Below, piece after piece: positions 44,584 through 54,207 of a stretch of DNA of 64,000 bases; position 1 is the first letter of the stretch, and every line of letters starts with the position of its first letter. Origin of the DNA: an uncultured Fidelibacterota bacterium (lineage in GTDB: Bacteria; Fidelibacterota; Marinisomatia; Marinisomatales; Marinisomataceae); assembly GCA_902575395.1 (NCBI GenBank), contig CACGRA010000001.1:96512-160511 (forward strand), given 5' to 3'. The notes under the pieces are model-generated. The model had not been told where the DNA came from. It saw nothing but the letters and a program-made list of their open reading frames with translations, and searched no databases. Position numbers and translations under genes: made by a program.

Positions 44584-45299
44584 TTTTGCAATAACTCTAA
44601 TTGTTTGATAGTATTAATACCCATGATTTCTTTAGGATTATCAATTTTTTTTGTCTTAACAGTGCCGCTGTTATTAATTAATTCTATCACATCTGTTAAA
44701 TAATATTCTTTTGATTCATTATTAGATTTAACTTTTTTTAGGTTCTTAAATAATTTTGAAATTTTAAAAATATAAATTCCTGGATTTATTTCTTTAATAG
44801 CTTTTTCAGATTTATTACAATCTTTTTCTTCAACAATTTTGATTAAGTTTCCTGATTGGTCTCTTATAATTCTTCCATAACCAGTTGGGTCTTCTAGTAT
44901 TGCTGTTATCATTGTAACATCTGCGTTCTCTTTAATATGTTCATCTACTATTGGTGATAGTGTACTATGTTTGATATTTGGGACATCACCATACAGGATT
45001 AATAAATGTCCATTCTTTCCATATAATGGATTATCTAACTGCAATACTGCATGCCCAGTGCCAAGCTGTTTTTTTTGTTCTATATATTCTATGTTGGGAT
45101 TATTAATGTGATTAATAACTAATTCTTTTTTGAAGCCCACTACAGTAAAAATTTTTTCAGGATTCAGCTCATAAGCAGTATCTAATACATAATCAATAAG
45201 TGCTTTATTTTCAAGATTATGTAATACTTTAGGAATATTTGACTCCATTCTCGTGCCTTTTCCAGCAGCAAGTATTCCAATAAAGAAATTTTTATTCAT
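44580..45299 (-). CDS. Stand-alone GlmU-like N-terminal nucleotidyltransferase (UDP-GlcNAc pyrophosphorylase domain only)
   Basis: 239 aa. ILAAGKGTRMESNIPKVLHNL and EQKKQLGTGHAVLQ match the GlmU uridyltransferase domain. There is no left-handed beta-helix acetyltransferase part. The ORF ends in an ATGA-type overlap with the next gene. Confidence 0.65.
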   Translation of the reverse strand: MNKNFFIGILAAGKGTRMESNIPKVLHNLENKALIDYVLDTAYELNPEKIFTVVGFKKELVINHINNPNIEYIEQKKQLGTGHAVLQLDNPLYGKNGHLLILYGDVPNIKHSTLSPIVDEHIKENADVTMITAILEDPTGYGRIIRDQSGNLIKIVEEKDCNKSEKAIKEINPGIYIFKISKLFKNLKKVKSNNESKEYYLTDVIELINNSGTVKTKKIDNPKEIMGINTIKQLELLQK

Positions 45300-46404
45300 C
45301 TAATTTTTCTCCTAAAAAAGGAATATCTCTTTTTGATATTATACCACCCCCATAACAAATACCATTTTTATCATAAAAAACTATTGATTGACCAGGGGTA
45401 ATAGCTTTTTGATTTGATTTAAATTTAACTAGATATGAATTCCCTTCTAAATAAAAAACAGAACATTCTTTATCTTCATCTCTATAACGTACTTTTGCAT
45501 AAAATTTAATAGGGTATTTTTTTGGTTTTTGTGAAATCCAATTTACATTTTTAACAATAATTTTTTTACTAAATAAAGCAGGATTATCCTCTCCCTGAGC
45601 TACAAATACAATATTGTTTTTAATATCTTTTTTTACTACATACCAAGGTTTGTCTTCTGAAGTAAATCGTGCACCAATTCCTAAACCTTTACGTTGGCCA
45701 ATAGTAAAATAAATATGTCCATTATGTGTACCAAGTTTTTCACCATCAATTGATATGATATCTCCTTTACTGGTTTTAATATATTGTCCAACAAAATCAT
45801 TATATTTTCTTTCTCCAATAAAACATATCCCAGTACTATCTTTTTTATTGTGGTTAATTAAACTATTTTCTTTTGCAATTTTCCTCACATCGTTTTTTAA
45901 AATATTACCTAAAGGGAATATGGTATTTTCTAATTCTTTTTGTCCTAGCTGATATAAAAAATAACTCTGATCTTTTGATAAGTCGTTTCCTTTTTGAAGA
46001 TAATGAATGGAACCAACCTTTTTTCTATTTGCATAATGTCCAGTTGCAATTTTTTTTGCTTTCAAGTCTTTTGCATATTTTTGGAATACTTCAAATTTAA
46101 TTTCTTTATTACATAAAACATCTGGGTTTGGAGTAAATCCATCTATATGATCGTCTAAAAACTGTTGAAATACCTTATCTTTATATGATTTTGTATAATC
46201 AATTTTATGAAGAGGGATGTCTAATTTTTTTGCTACAGACAGTGCATCACCATAGTCATCTTCTGCAGAACAAATTGCATGTTTATCATCCCAGTTTTTC
46301 ATAAATATGCCTTCTACATCGTAACCTTCTTTTTGTAGAAGCAATGCTGCTACTGAGCTGTCTACTCCACCACTCATTCCTAATATTATTTTTTCTTTTC
46401 TCAT
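45292..46404 (-). CDS. mnmA: tRNA-specific 2-thiouridylase MnmA
   Basis: 370 aa. PP-loop LGMSGGVDSSVAA, CNKEIKF, ATGHYA and DQSYFL. Confidence 0.9.
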   Translation of the reverse strand: MRKEKIILGMSGGVDSSVAALLLQKEGYDVEGIFMKNWDDKHAICSAEDDYGDALSVAKKLDIPLHKIDYTKSYKDKVFQQFLDDHIDGFTPNPDVLCNKEIKFEVFQKYAKDLKAKKIATGHYANRKKVGSIHYLQKGNDLSKDQSYFLYQLGQKELENTIFPLGNILKNDVRKIAKENSLINHNKKDSTGICFIGERKYNDFVGQYIKTSKGDIISIDGEKLGTHNGHIYFTIGQRKGLGIGARFTSEDKPWYVVKKDIKNNIVFVAQGEDNPALFSKKIIVKNVNWISQKPKKYPIKFYAKVRYRDEDKECSVFYLEGNSYLVKFKSNQKAITPGQSIVFYDKNGICYGGGIISKRDIPFLGEKLDE

Positions 46405-46433
46405 ATGTATAGAGTAACTATTTTAACAAAAAT

Positions 46434-47336
46434 ATGACTGGGAAATTACATAATACACTTATTTCTGGGTCTATAAGCATAGATAAAATTATTAATAAAT
46501 ATGGAACTTATACTAATGTTTTAGGTGGTTCTGCAGCTTATGCACTATGTTCTACTCCAGAAAAAACATGCCAATTAATTGGTGTGGTAGGTAATGATTT
46601 TTCAGAAGAACATCTTGATTTAGTTGGTCGCTATTCAATTAGCTTATCGGACTTAAGAATTGTTGATGGGAAAACTTTTATTTGGGGAGGAGAGTATACA
46701 TCTGATTTTTCTAGCAGAACCACACTTTATGTAGATCCAGGTATTGCTGAATCTTGTTTACCTATTTTATCTGAAGAAGCAAAAAAATGTAATTATGTTT
46801 TATTGGGGAATACAGCACCTACTGTGCAACTATCTATATTAGATCAAATAGACTCCAACCCTTTTATTATGATGGACACATTTAAGCTATATATTGATAT
46901 TGCACTTAAAGATTTGAAAGCAACAATGCGTAAATCTGACTTATTATGTATTAATTACAACGAAGCATTGCACTTATCCAAATTATCTGACCCAAGCTTA
47001 GATGATATGGCTAAATGTATTTTAGATATGGGTGTAAAAAGTTTGATTATTAAAAAAGGGGAAGATGGAGCTTCTTTTTTTGATGGTAGAAATAATTTTT
47101 CTATTGGCGCTTATTATGTTGATAAAGTAAAAGATACCACAGGAGCTGGCGATTGTTTTGCAGGAGGGTTAATCCATAGTTTATCACAAGGTTCAGATAT
47201 AATGGATGCTGTAGTAGATGGATCAGTGATGGCTTCGTTTTGCATTGAAGATATTGGACATCAAGGACTTTTATCGTTCTCTCAAGAAGAATATTTATCA
47301 AGAAAAAAATGGCTAAAAAATAGTCTTACATCTTGA
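46434..47336 (+). CDS. PfkB-family carbohydrate/nucleoside kinase
   Basis: 300 aa. GGSAAYA near the N-terminus and the C-terminal ATP motif DTTGAGDCFAGGL. Confidence 0.75.
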   Translation: MTGKLHNTLISGSISIDKIINKYGTYTNVLGGSAAYALCSTPEKTCQLIGVVGNDFSEEHLDLVGRYSISLSDLRIVDGKTFIWGGEYTSDFSSRTTLYVDPGIAESCLPILSEEAKKCNYVLLGNTAPTVQLSILDQIDSNPFIMMDTFKLYIDIALKDLKATMRKSDLLCINYNEALHLSKLSDPSLDDMAKCILDMGVKSLIIKKGEDGASFFDGRNNFSIGAYYVDKVKDTTGAGDCFAGGLIHSLSQGSDIMDAVVDGSVMASFCIEDIGHQGLLSFSQEEYLSRKKWLKNSLTS

Positions 47337-47382
47337 AATCGCTCTATAATAATACTAACTTGACCAATCGGAGGAATATTAT

Positions 47383-48498
47383 ATGATAAATACAAAAAAA
47401 CTTTTTCTTTTAACAATAATTTTTTCTTTTGTTTTTGCTCAAGGGAAAGCATTGAATTCAGCGCGTGTTTATATCAAAGACAAAGATTGGAAACAAGCTG
47501 AAAAATTTCTTTTAGAAGCACTAGAACATCCAAACGATAAATGGGAAGCTGCATATCATTTAGGAGATAAAGTATATGTTAGAAGCCAAGATTGGGCAAA
47601 AGTAAAACAATACCTTGATCTTGCTGGACAAGCGCCAGAAAAATTAAAAATTCGTCCAACAAGAAATGATAGTAGGGTACCGATTTCAACAGCAGTCACC
47701 GCTTCAAAAACAAGAAGCTATCTATCAATTTTTAATAGGGCAGCTGGTTATAATTCATTATTGGGTAGAGCTACTGATCCTGCAAAAAGAGAAGCTTTAT
47801 TAGACATGGCTATTAAAGAAGCAAGTTTTGCTAAAGAATTTGATCCTAAACAGCCAGGAGCATACTATTTACTGTCTGTTTTTTATTCATTAAAACAAGA
47901 TAAAGAAAATACATTAAAAAATATTAATCTTGGTTTAGGAAGTGATAATATTGAGGATGATCAAAGATTATCTTTATTAATTGCTGGAGCAGATGCGATG
48001 TCAAGACTTGAAGATTTTCCAGCTGCAATGAGCTATTTGGAACAAGCAAGCCAAATAGATGAAAACAATCCTTTAATCTATAAAAGTTTGGGCGCATTAT
48101 ATGCACAACAAAAACAATATAAGAATGCTCTTGAAACATTTGATAAAGCGATTGATTTAATTGATAGTACGGATGTAGAAGATCAGGTAAAAGTTGATTT
48201 ATATTTCAACCGAGGCATTGTTTATTTAAGAATGGAAGATTTTGACGAAGCAGAATATAACTTTGAAGAAGCTTATTTCTTAGCCCCAGAAGACACTGAA
48301 GCATTATTTGCATTAGCAAGGGCTTTAGAGCAGTCTGAAAGATGGAGAAAGGCTAGAAGTTATTATATGGATTTAATTGATCTTGATAGTAATAACGCTG
48401 ATTATTATTATGGTGTTTATCGAACTTACTTCGGTGAGGGAAGATTAGAAGATGCTACTGAATATCTAAATAAAGCTACTGCTTTAAAAGGTCAATAA
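47383..48498 (+). CDS. Secreted tetratricopeptide-repeat protein
   Basis: 371 aa with GGAGG SD and a signal peptide MINTKKLFLLTIIFSFVFAQG. Multiple TPR-like A/Y/L-patterned helices (ALYAQQKQYKNALETFDKAIDL, NRGIVYLRMEDFDEAEYNFEEAY). Confidence 0.65.
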   Translation: MINTKKLFLLTIIFSFVFAQGKALNSARVYIKDKDWKQAEKFLLEALEHPNDKWEAAYHLGDKVYVRSQDWAKVKQYLDLAGQAPEKLKIRPTRNDSRVPISTAVTASKTRSYLSIFNRAAGYNSLLGRATDPAKREALLDMAIKEASFAKEFDPKQPGAYYLLSVFYSLKQDKENTLKNINLGLGSDNIEDDQRLSLLIAGADAMSRLEDFPAAMSYLEQASQIDENNPLIYKSLGALYAQQKQYKNALETFDKAIDLIDSTDVEDQVKVDLYFNRGIVYLRMEDFDEAEYNFEEAYFLAPEDTEALFALARALEQSERWRKARSYYMDLIDLDSNNADYYYGVYRTYFGEGRLEDATEYLNKATALKGQ

Positions 48499-48503
48499 AT
48501 TAA

Positions 48504-49460
48504 TTAATATATCGGTGTTCCAGTGTGTTCTTGATAGAATTCTTTTACTGTTTGTTCTAGAACTGCTGCTAGCGCACCATATCCTCTGGCAGTATCACGT
48601 GTACGATCATAATTAGCTTCAATTTGTATGACATTGATTTTACCAACTGAATATGTTGCGGTCGTATATCCACCATTAAAGTATGGATCTGTTCCAGGGT
48701 TTGCAGTAGTGCTGCTTGGCACTGCATCAAAAGTGTAAACATCGTCTTCATAGCTATAGGATTTTGTTACAATCAATCCTCCAAAGCTTGTAGGTCCTCT
48801 TAACAGTTCAGAGAATGTTGCTGGAGTTAAAGAAGCCATTTGAGTGATGCTACTTTTTTCTGCATATTCTGGACTGTTGATTGACACATTTCCTTGACCT
48901 AAATCATCTGATGATAATAAATATCCTAACTCAATTCGTTGTATATCATGAGCGTGTCCATGCATATCTAACAATAACCCAGAATCAAAATACGCTTCTA
49001 CAGTATCAACAGCCGTTTGAATAAATTTATGGTATGCATTATACGCTTGTATTGCCCCTAAATCACCCTGCGCTCCTTCTGTAATGTCTCTATTTGGATC
49101 TAATTTTCTTCTATGCAGATTTGAATAAACAATATGAGGGTATAATCCACCAGAGTTTTGTACAAAGAAATATGCAAAACGTTCTGCAACTTTTCTTGTA
49201 TTTAAATCTCTTACCATCGTTCCATAAGTTCTGTCAGCAATTGAAGACGGAGATAATGTTCCATCATGCGGAACAGTAATGATAACAGGAGTATTGCCTG
49301 CAAGATATTCAACATATCCTAAGACATCACCATAATATTCTCCCGGAGTATATGTAAGTTCAGGAAAAGTTTGTTCAGGAGTTGTTGGTTTGTCTCCACC
49401 ACACCCCCAAATAAAACATAGAATGATAATAAAATTAATATGTTGACGCTTGACTTCCAT
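48504..49460 (-). CDS. Exported N-formylglutamate amidohydrolase-family (FGase-like) zinc hydrolase, lipoprotein
   Basis: 318 aa with signal/lipobox FIIILCFIWGCGG. The motifs VIITVPHDGTL, RRKLDPNRD and LLDMHGHAH resemble the FGase (PF05013-type) pattern. This assignment is from memory of motifs only. Confidence 0.5.
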   Translation of the reverse strand: MEVKRQHINFIIILCFIWGCGGDKPTTPEQTFPELTYTPGEYYGDVLGYVEYLAGNTPVIITVPHDGTLSPSSIADRTYGTMVRDLNTRKVAERFAYFFVQNSGGLYPHIVYSNLHRRKLDPNRDITEGAQGDLGAIQAYNAYHKFIQTAVDTVEAYFDSGLLLDMHGHAHDIQRIELGYLLSSDDLGQGNVSINSPEYAEKSSITQMASLTPATFSELLRGPTSFGGLIVTKSYSYEDDVYTFDAVPSSTTANPGTDPYFNGGYTTATYSVGKINVIQIEANYDRTRDTARGYGALAAVLEQTVKEFYQEHTGTPIY

Positions 49461-51156
49461 CTAAAGACCCCCTTTTGTCTGATCCTGTAATAAATTTACC
49501 ATTTTTGAATTGTATTCCATGAGCACGCGCAATACGATATTCAACTAATTTAAGTGTATGATTCAATTCTTGTAATTCTTTTATTGTTTTTTGATTAAAA
49601 CTGTCTTCTTCATAAAAAATTTGGTCTGGTAACCATTGTGAATGTGTTCTTGGAGTATCAATTGCTTTATCAACTGTTAAATCATGATCTAAAACGCTAA
49701 TTATTGTTTGTAATACTGCTGTAATAATTCGTGAACCACCTGCTGCTCCTACTGTCAGTATCCCTTCGTTATTATTATTGACTACAATTGTTGGACTCAT
49801 TGAGCTTAATGGTCTTTTAAATGGTTGTATTGCATTAGCAGGTGGAATACCTAATCCAATTAATCCAAATGCATTGCCAACTCCTGGCTTTGACGAAAAA
49901 TCATCCATTTCATTATTAAGAAAGAAACCTGCACCATCAACAACTTTTTTATTACCATAACTCAAATTAATTGTTGTGGTAATACCGGCTACGTTTCCTG
50001 CTTTATCCATGACAGAATAGTGAGTAGTCTCTATACTTTCTTTATTATTCCATGTGCCATGTGCAATTTCTAGACTAGGAGTTGCCTTTTCCATAGAAAT
50101 TAAATCCAATCTTTCCTTAGCATATTCTTTAGAAGTAAGCATTGCAATAGGATTATCCCAAAAATCAGGATCTCCTAAATGGGTCGCTCTATCAGCATAT
50201 GCCAAACGTTGTATTTCTGTTAAAAGATGTACAAACTCTGTTGAATTTCTTTTCATTGATTCTACATCAAAATTTTCAAGCATATTTAACATTTGCACTA
50301 TAAGCGCCCCTCCAGAACTTGGAGGCCCCATTGAAATAATTTTATAACCCTTGTAAGTGCCAGTTACTGGTTCTCTATATACTGAATTATAATCTAATAA
50401 ATCTTGTTTGCTAATTAACCCACCATTATCGTTCATTTCTTTTACAATTAAGTTTGCTGTTTCTCCATCATAAAAACCTGCATTTCCTAATTCAGAAATA
50501 CGCTTAAGTGTTTCTGCTAAATCTTTTTGTATAATAATATCACCTTGTTTCCATTCTTGATCTTTTACAAAAATTCTTTTTGTTCCTTCATCATTATTGA
50601 ATTGCTCTCTATAATAATTGAAACTTCTAGCAGTAGTTCTATTTAAAACAAAGCCATTTTCTGCATAATCAATTGCAGGAGCCAAAATTTCTTGTAAAGA
50701 AAGATTTCCTGATCCATAGTCCTTTAAAATTTTTAATAAACCATTGACTGTACCCGGCACTCCTGATGATTTATGTGACTCTAATGCAATAGTTCTATCA
50801 TATTCTCCATTTTCATTAAGAAACATGCTTTCATACGATAGTTTTGGTGCTTTTTCTCTAAAATCTAAACTTATTGATTTTCCAGAAGCTGTATGAGCAA
50901 CTAAAAAACCTCCACCACCAATATTTCCATTAGCAGGCGACGTTACAGCAAGCGCAAATCCAGTTGCTACAATCGCATCAAATGCATTCCCGCCTTTCTT
51001 AAGAACATCAATTCCCACATCAGATGCAATTTTAGACGTAGAAGACACAGCACCATTTCTACTTTCTCTTGATACTTCCCATGCTTGCCAAGTGACAAGA
51101 ATGCAAAGCAATAGAGATATAAAATTTCTTATAAATGTTTTATAGCTATTTTTCAT
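49435..51156 (-). CDS. ggt: Gamma-glutamyltranspeptidase
   Basis: 573 aa with an N-terminal signal/anchor. Autoprocessing Thr region SIETTHYSVMDKAGN. GGGGF, PSSGG and SMSPT motifs. Confidence 0.9.
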   Translation of the reverse strand: MKNSYKTFIRNFISLLLCILVTWQAWEVSRESRNGAVSSTSKIASDVGIDVLKKGGNAFDAIVATGFALAVTSPANGNIGGGGFLVAHTASGKSISLDFREKAPKLSYESMFLNENGEYDRTIALESHKSSGVPGTVNGLLKILKDYGSGNLSLQEILAPAIDYAENGFVLNRTTARSFNYYREQFNNDEGTKRIFVKDQEWKQGDIIIQKDLAETLKRISELGNAGFYDGETANLIVKEMNDNGGLISKQDLLDYNSVYREPVTGTYKGYKIISMGPPSSGGALIVQMLNMLENFDVESMKRNSTEFVHLLTEIQRLAYADRATHLGDPDFWDNPIAMLTSKEYAKERLDLISMEKATPSLEIAHGTWNNKESIETTHYSVMDKAGNVAGITTTINLSYGNKKVVDGAGFFLNNEMDDFSSKPGVGNAFGLIGLGIPPANAIQPFKRPLSSMSPTIVVNNNNEGILTVGAAGGSRIITAVLQTIISVLDHDLTVDKAIDTPRTHSQWLPDQIFYEEDSFNQKTIKELQELNHTLKLVEYRIARAHGIQFKNGKFITGSDKRGSLDGSQASTY

Positions 51157-51175
51157 CTAAGGTATTTAAGTATAA

Positions 51176-51206
51176 TAAAAAGCCCCTGAAAATCAGAGGC
51201 TTTTTA
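51176..51206. terminator. Rho-independent terminator downstream of the TonB-dependent receptor (functional on the minus strand, bidirectional shape)
   Basis: AGCCCCTGA / TCAGAGGCT stem (9 bp, 1 mismatch) with an AAA loop, flanked by AAAAA and TTTTTATTT. Confidence 0.75.
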
Positions 51207-51233
51207 TTTATTTATACTTCTTAAACGTTATGG

Positions 51234-54056
51234 TTATAAGCTCACGTCCATACGAGCATATAAGTAACGTCCATTAAATCCAAAAGGACTGTAACCAGAA
51301 TGTTGGAATATTCCGTTGAAACTATTTCTTTTAATAGTTTTATCTGGATATACGTCAAACATATTATTTACCCCTAGAGATAAACGTGCTTGACTGTTTA
51401 GCTGCATTGAATATTCAGCGTCTACTGTCCATTTAGAAGATAGAACTTGTTCTCTTTCTTCTGTTCCAGATGGGATTGTTACTTCACCCCAATTGTTCAA
51501 TTTAACCATCCAATTACATGTTGGTTTTTGAACCATTGCTGAGAATTGAAATACATTCTTAGGACCAGAATTTTCATATCTCACAGTGTTTGCACGACCA
51601 AGAAGTACTTGAGATGTATAATCTGCTAAATTAGCAGGAGTTTCAAGCTCTCCTTTGTTTGTTACTTCAGTATCAGTGAAGTTTAGTGCACTTTTTAGTA
51701 ACAAGTTTCCATTAGGAATGTCAAAGTTCATTTTACCTACGATATCTAAACCGTTTGTTTCAGTGTCAACTCCATTAAAGAACCATCTACCAGCAGCAGC
51801 TGAGATGTTTCTTTCATTAAAGAATTGAACCATACCGTCACCTTTAAAGGTTTCAGTAAGGCCAATACGATCTTCAACAGTAATCTTATAAGCATCTACC
51901 TCTAGTGAAGCCATGTCATTTTTCCATGTCATACCAGCTGAAAGATTGTTAGAAGTTTCTGGTTCAAGATCTGTTGCACCAAGAGCTCGTGCAGGTTCAG
52001 TATCAACAGGGAAAGTACCTACTTCATAAGGCACTCCGTCAATAAAGTTAGTTGCGATAGATGAGAAATATGCTTCTTGTAAAGCAGGAGCTCTAAAGCC
52101 AGTGCTTAAAGAAGCTCTTACTGCTAAACCGTCTTGCAGTTCATATCTCATTGCAATCTTACCATTAGTTGTTTGTCCAAAGTCGCTGTAGTTTTCAGCT
52201 CTTAAAGCTACGCCTACAAGAAGATTGTCAAGAACATCAGCTTCTGCATCGACATAAACACCAATCGCATCTCTGTCTCTGTCTGATTCGTTAGCAGGAG
52301 CAAGTCCTGGTAAACATTGACAACCAACTGCAGCGCTTGCGCCAGCACTTGGACCATCTAATACATCAAAGCCACCGTCAGCATATCCTGCTTCTTCACC
52401 AGCTTCGATTGTGTAATTTTCAGTACGCCATTCAAGACCCATAGCAAGATTTACTGGTCCAGCAAATCCATCTATTTCTGTTACAGTAGTCATATCAAGA
52501 TTCACAGAAGTTTGTGAATATCCTAATGTTCCTAAATCAAAATCAGATTGTTGCCCTGAACTAGTACCATAAGTAGCATTATGACTGTTTTGCATTCCCC
52601 ATGCAAAGTCATTTCCACCAGTGGTTACACTTAGGTCATATGAATAGTCTCCCCATAGTCCTTTCATACCAAATGCAGCTGAGCTGTCAGTTAGTTCTGG
52701 ACTAATAAGTGGTAGGAATCCATCTGGATACCACGCACGAAGAGTACGATTGTCTTGAGCTCTTCTATAATAACAACCACTTTCTCCATTACGTGTGTTA
52801 AATCCACCAAAAGTATAGAATGTGCCGCCACCTTCCATTGGGAAGTTACCGTTCCACATCATACTTACTTGTTCGAATTCTCCACGACCGATACGGTGAT
52901 TTTCTCTATCAAAATCACGTTCTCTTGGGTCTGGTGTTACTGTAGCTGATGCACTTTTAGTCAATTGACCATTTGCATCTGTACCGAAGTACTGCATTCT
53001 TGGATCAAGTCCAGTACGATTAGTACGTCCGCCATCACGCATAGACCCACTAATGTAAAGGTTTCCACCAAATAAGCTTAAACCAGTACCACCATGAAGG
53101 ATTAAATTTTTACCATCGGTTTTCTTAACAGTTTGCATTCCACTTCTAGCCCAGCCTCTTTCACCAGTAAATGGTAAATAGCCTGAACCATTGTGACCTG
53201 GGTCACTGTCCCAACCGTATGTGCTTTCATCTTGTCCTGTGATATATCCTTCGTCGTGTGCATACCCTCTTTCAAAGAAAGAATAGCTTTGTCCATATGT
53301 TATACTAACATCTGCACCGCCTGCTTCTTTTAAAACGATATTTATCACACCTGCGATAGCATCAGAACCATATTTTGCTGAGGCCCCATCACGCAATACT
53401 TCGATTTTTTCGATTGCGCTCGCTGGAATCGCGTTAATATCAACTTGTGTTGATCCACGTCCAACTGAACCATTAACGTGCACTAGAGCACCAGAGTGAC
53501 GTCTTTTACCATTTACAAGTACAAGAACGTGTCCTGGAGCCATACCACGTAATGTAGCAGGTCTCATATGATCAGATCCATCAGTAATATAGCCACGAGG
53601 AGCGTTATAAGACGGAACTAAAGCCTGTAACAACTGACTTGTTTCAGTAAGCCCAGTTGCACGGATTTCAAGCTCTGTAATAACCTCTACAGGAACTGCT
53701 TGTTCATCAACATTTCTTGCAAATCGAGATCCAAGAACTGATACAGAAGAACCAGCAACTGCACTAGAAGATAGTGAAAAGTTTGCTGTTGCAGTGCCAT
53801 CTACATTAACAGTCACACTAGCAGATTCATATCCGATGTATGAAGCAGTTACAGTATAAGAACCGCCTGCCACACCGTCGACTGAATATGATCCGTCAGC
53901 AGCTGTTGCCGCACCTGATGATGTTCCCTCAACTACTACATTTGCACCGAAAAGCGCGTTTCCGTCTGAATCAGTAACGGTACCTGATACTGATCCTTGT
54001 GCAAACATAAAGCCAGTCATCATCACAAGTGCTACCATATTAAATAGCTTTCTCAT
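51234..54056 (-). CDS. TonB-dependent outer-membrane receptor with N-terminal CarboxypepD_reg-like domain
   Basis: Start set at ATG 54056 (MRKLFNMVALVMMTGFMFAQG) with AAGGA SD. GSVSGTVTDSDGNALFGANVVVEG...YTVTASYIGYES is the carboxypeptidase-regulatory-like fold. Plug motifs are IEKIEVLRDGASAKYGSDAIAGVINIVLK. A long barrel follows. Confidence 0.85.
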   Translation of the reverse strand: MRKLFNMVALVMMTGFMFAQGSVSGTVTDSDGNALFGANVVVEGTSSGAATAADGSYSVDGVAGGSYTVTASYIGYESASVTVNVDGTATANFSLSSSAVAGSSVSVLGSRFARNVDEQAVPVEVITELEIRATGLTETSQLLQALVPSYNAPRGYITDGSDHMRPATLRGMAPGHVLVLVNGKRRHSGALVHVNGSVGRGSTQVDINAIPASAIEKIEVLRDGASAKYGSDAIAGVINIVLKEAGGADVSITYGQSYSFFERGYAHDEGYITGQDESTYGWDSDPGHNGSGYLPFTGERGWARSGMQTVKKTDGKNLILHGGTGLSLFGGNLYISGSMRDGGRTNRTGLDPRMQYFGTDANGQLTKSASATVTPDPRERDFDRENHRIGRGEFEQVSMMWNGNFPMEGGGTFYTFGGFNTRNGESGCYYRRAQDNRTLRAWYPDGFLPLISPELTDSSAAFGMKGLWGDYSYDLSVTTGGNDFAWGMQNSHNATYGTSSGQQSDFDLGTLGYSQTSVNLDMTTVTEIDGFAGPVNLAMGLEWRTENYTIEAGEEAGYADGGFDVLDGPSAGASAAVGCQCLPGLAPANESDRDRDAIGVYVDAEADVLDNLLVGVALRAENYSDFGQTTNGKIAMRYELQDGLAVRASLSTGFRAPALQEAYFSSIATNFIDGVPYEVGTFPVDTEPARALGATDLEPETSNNLSAGMTWKNDMASLEVDAYKITVEDRIGLTETFKGDGMVQFFNERNISAAAGRWFFNGVDTETNGLDIVGKMNFDIPNGNLLLKSALNFTDTEVTNKGELETPANLADYTSQVLLGRANTVRYENSGPKNVFQFSAMVQKPTCNWMVKLNNWGEVTIPSGTEEREQVLSSKWTVDAEYSMQLNSQARLSLGVNNMFDVYPDKTIKRNSFNGIFQHSGYSPFGFNGRYLYARMDVSL

Positions 54057-54157
54057 TGTTTTTCCTTTTTTTATGTACATATTTAACTAAAAATATTTAT
54101 TTATCTCTATAAGGAATGCACCCTTATCTTGGGGTACTTTACCCTTAGTCTGGATAA

Positions 54158-54185
54158 CTTATAGGAAAGTAGGGGTGAATGTCAA
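54158..54185 (-). promoter_or_regulatory. Candidate sigma70-type promoter for the TonB-dependent receptor
   Basis: On the minus strand, TTGACA (54185-54180), a 16-nt spacer, then TATAAG (54163-54158). This lies about 100 nt upstream of the start codon. Confidence 0.35.
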
Positions 54186-54207
54186 TGTTTTAAAAGAGAA
54201 GAAAATT

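Noticed and set aside
44580-45299. GlmU-like ORF as a truncated pseudogene.
   Set aside because: The reading frame ends in a tidy 4-nt overlap with the next gene. No hexapeptide-repeat remnants are visible in any frame downstream.
54057-54207. Cobalamin or TPP riboswitch in front of the TonB-dependent receptor.
   Set aside because: The leader is ~95 nt and lacks a B12 box or the TPP CUGAGA / ACCUGA elements.
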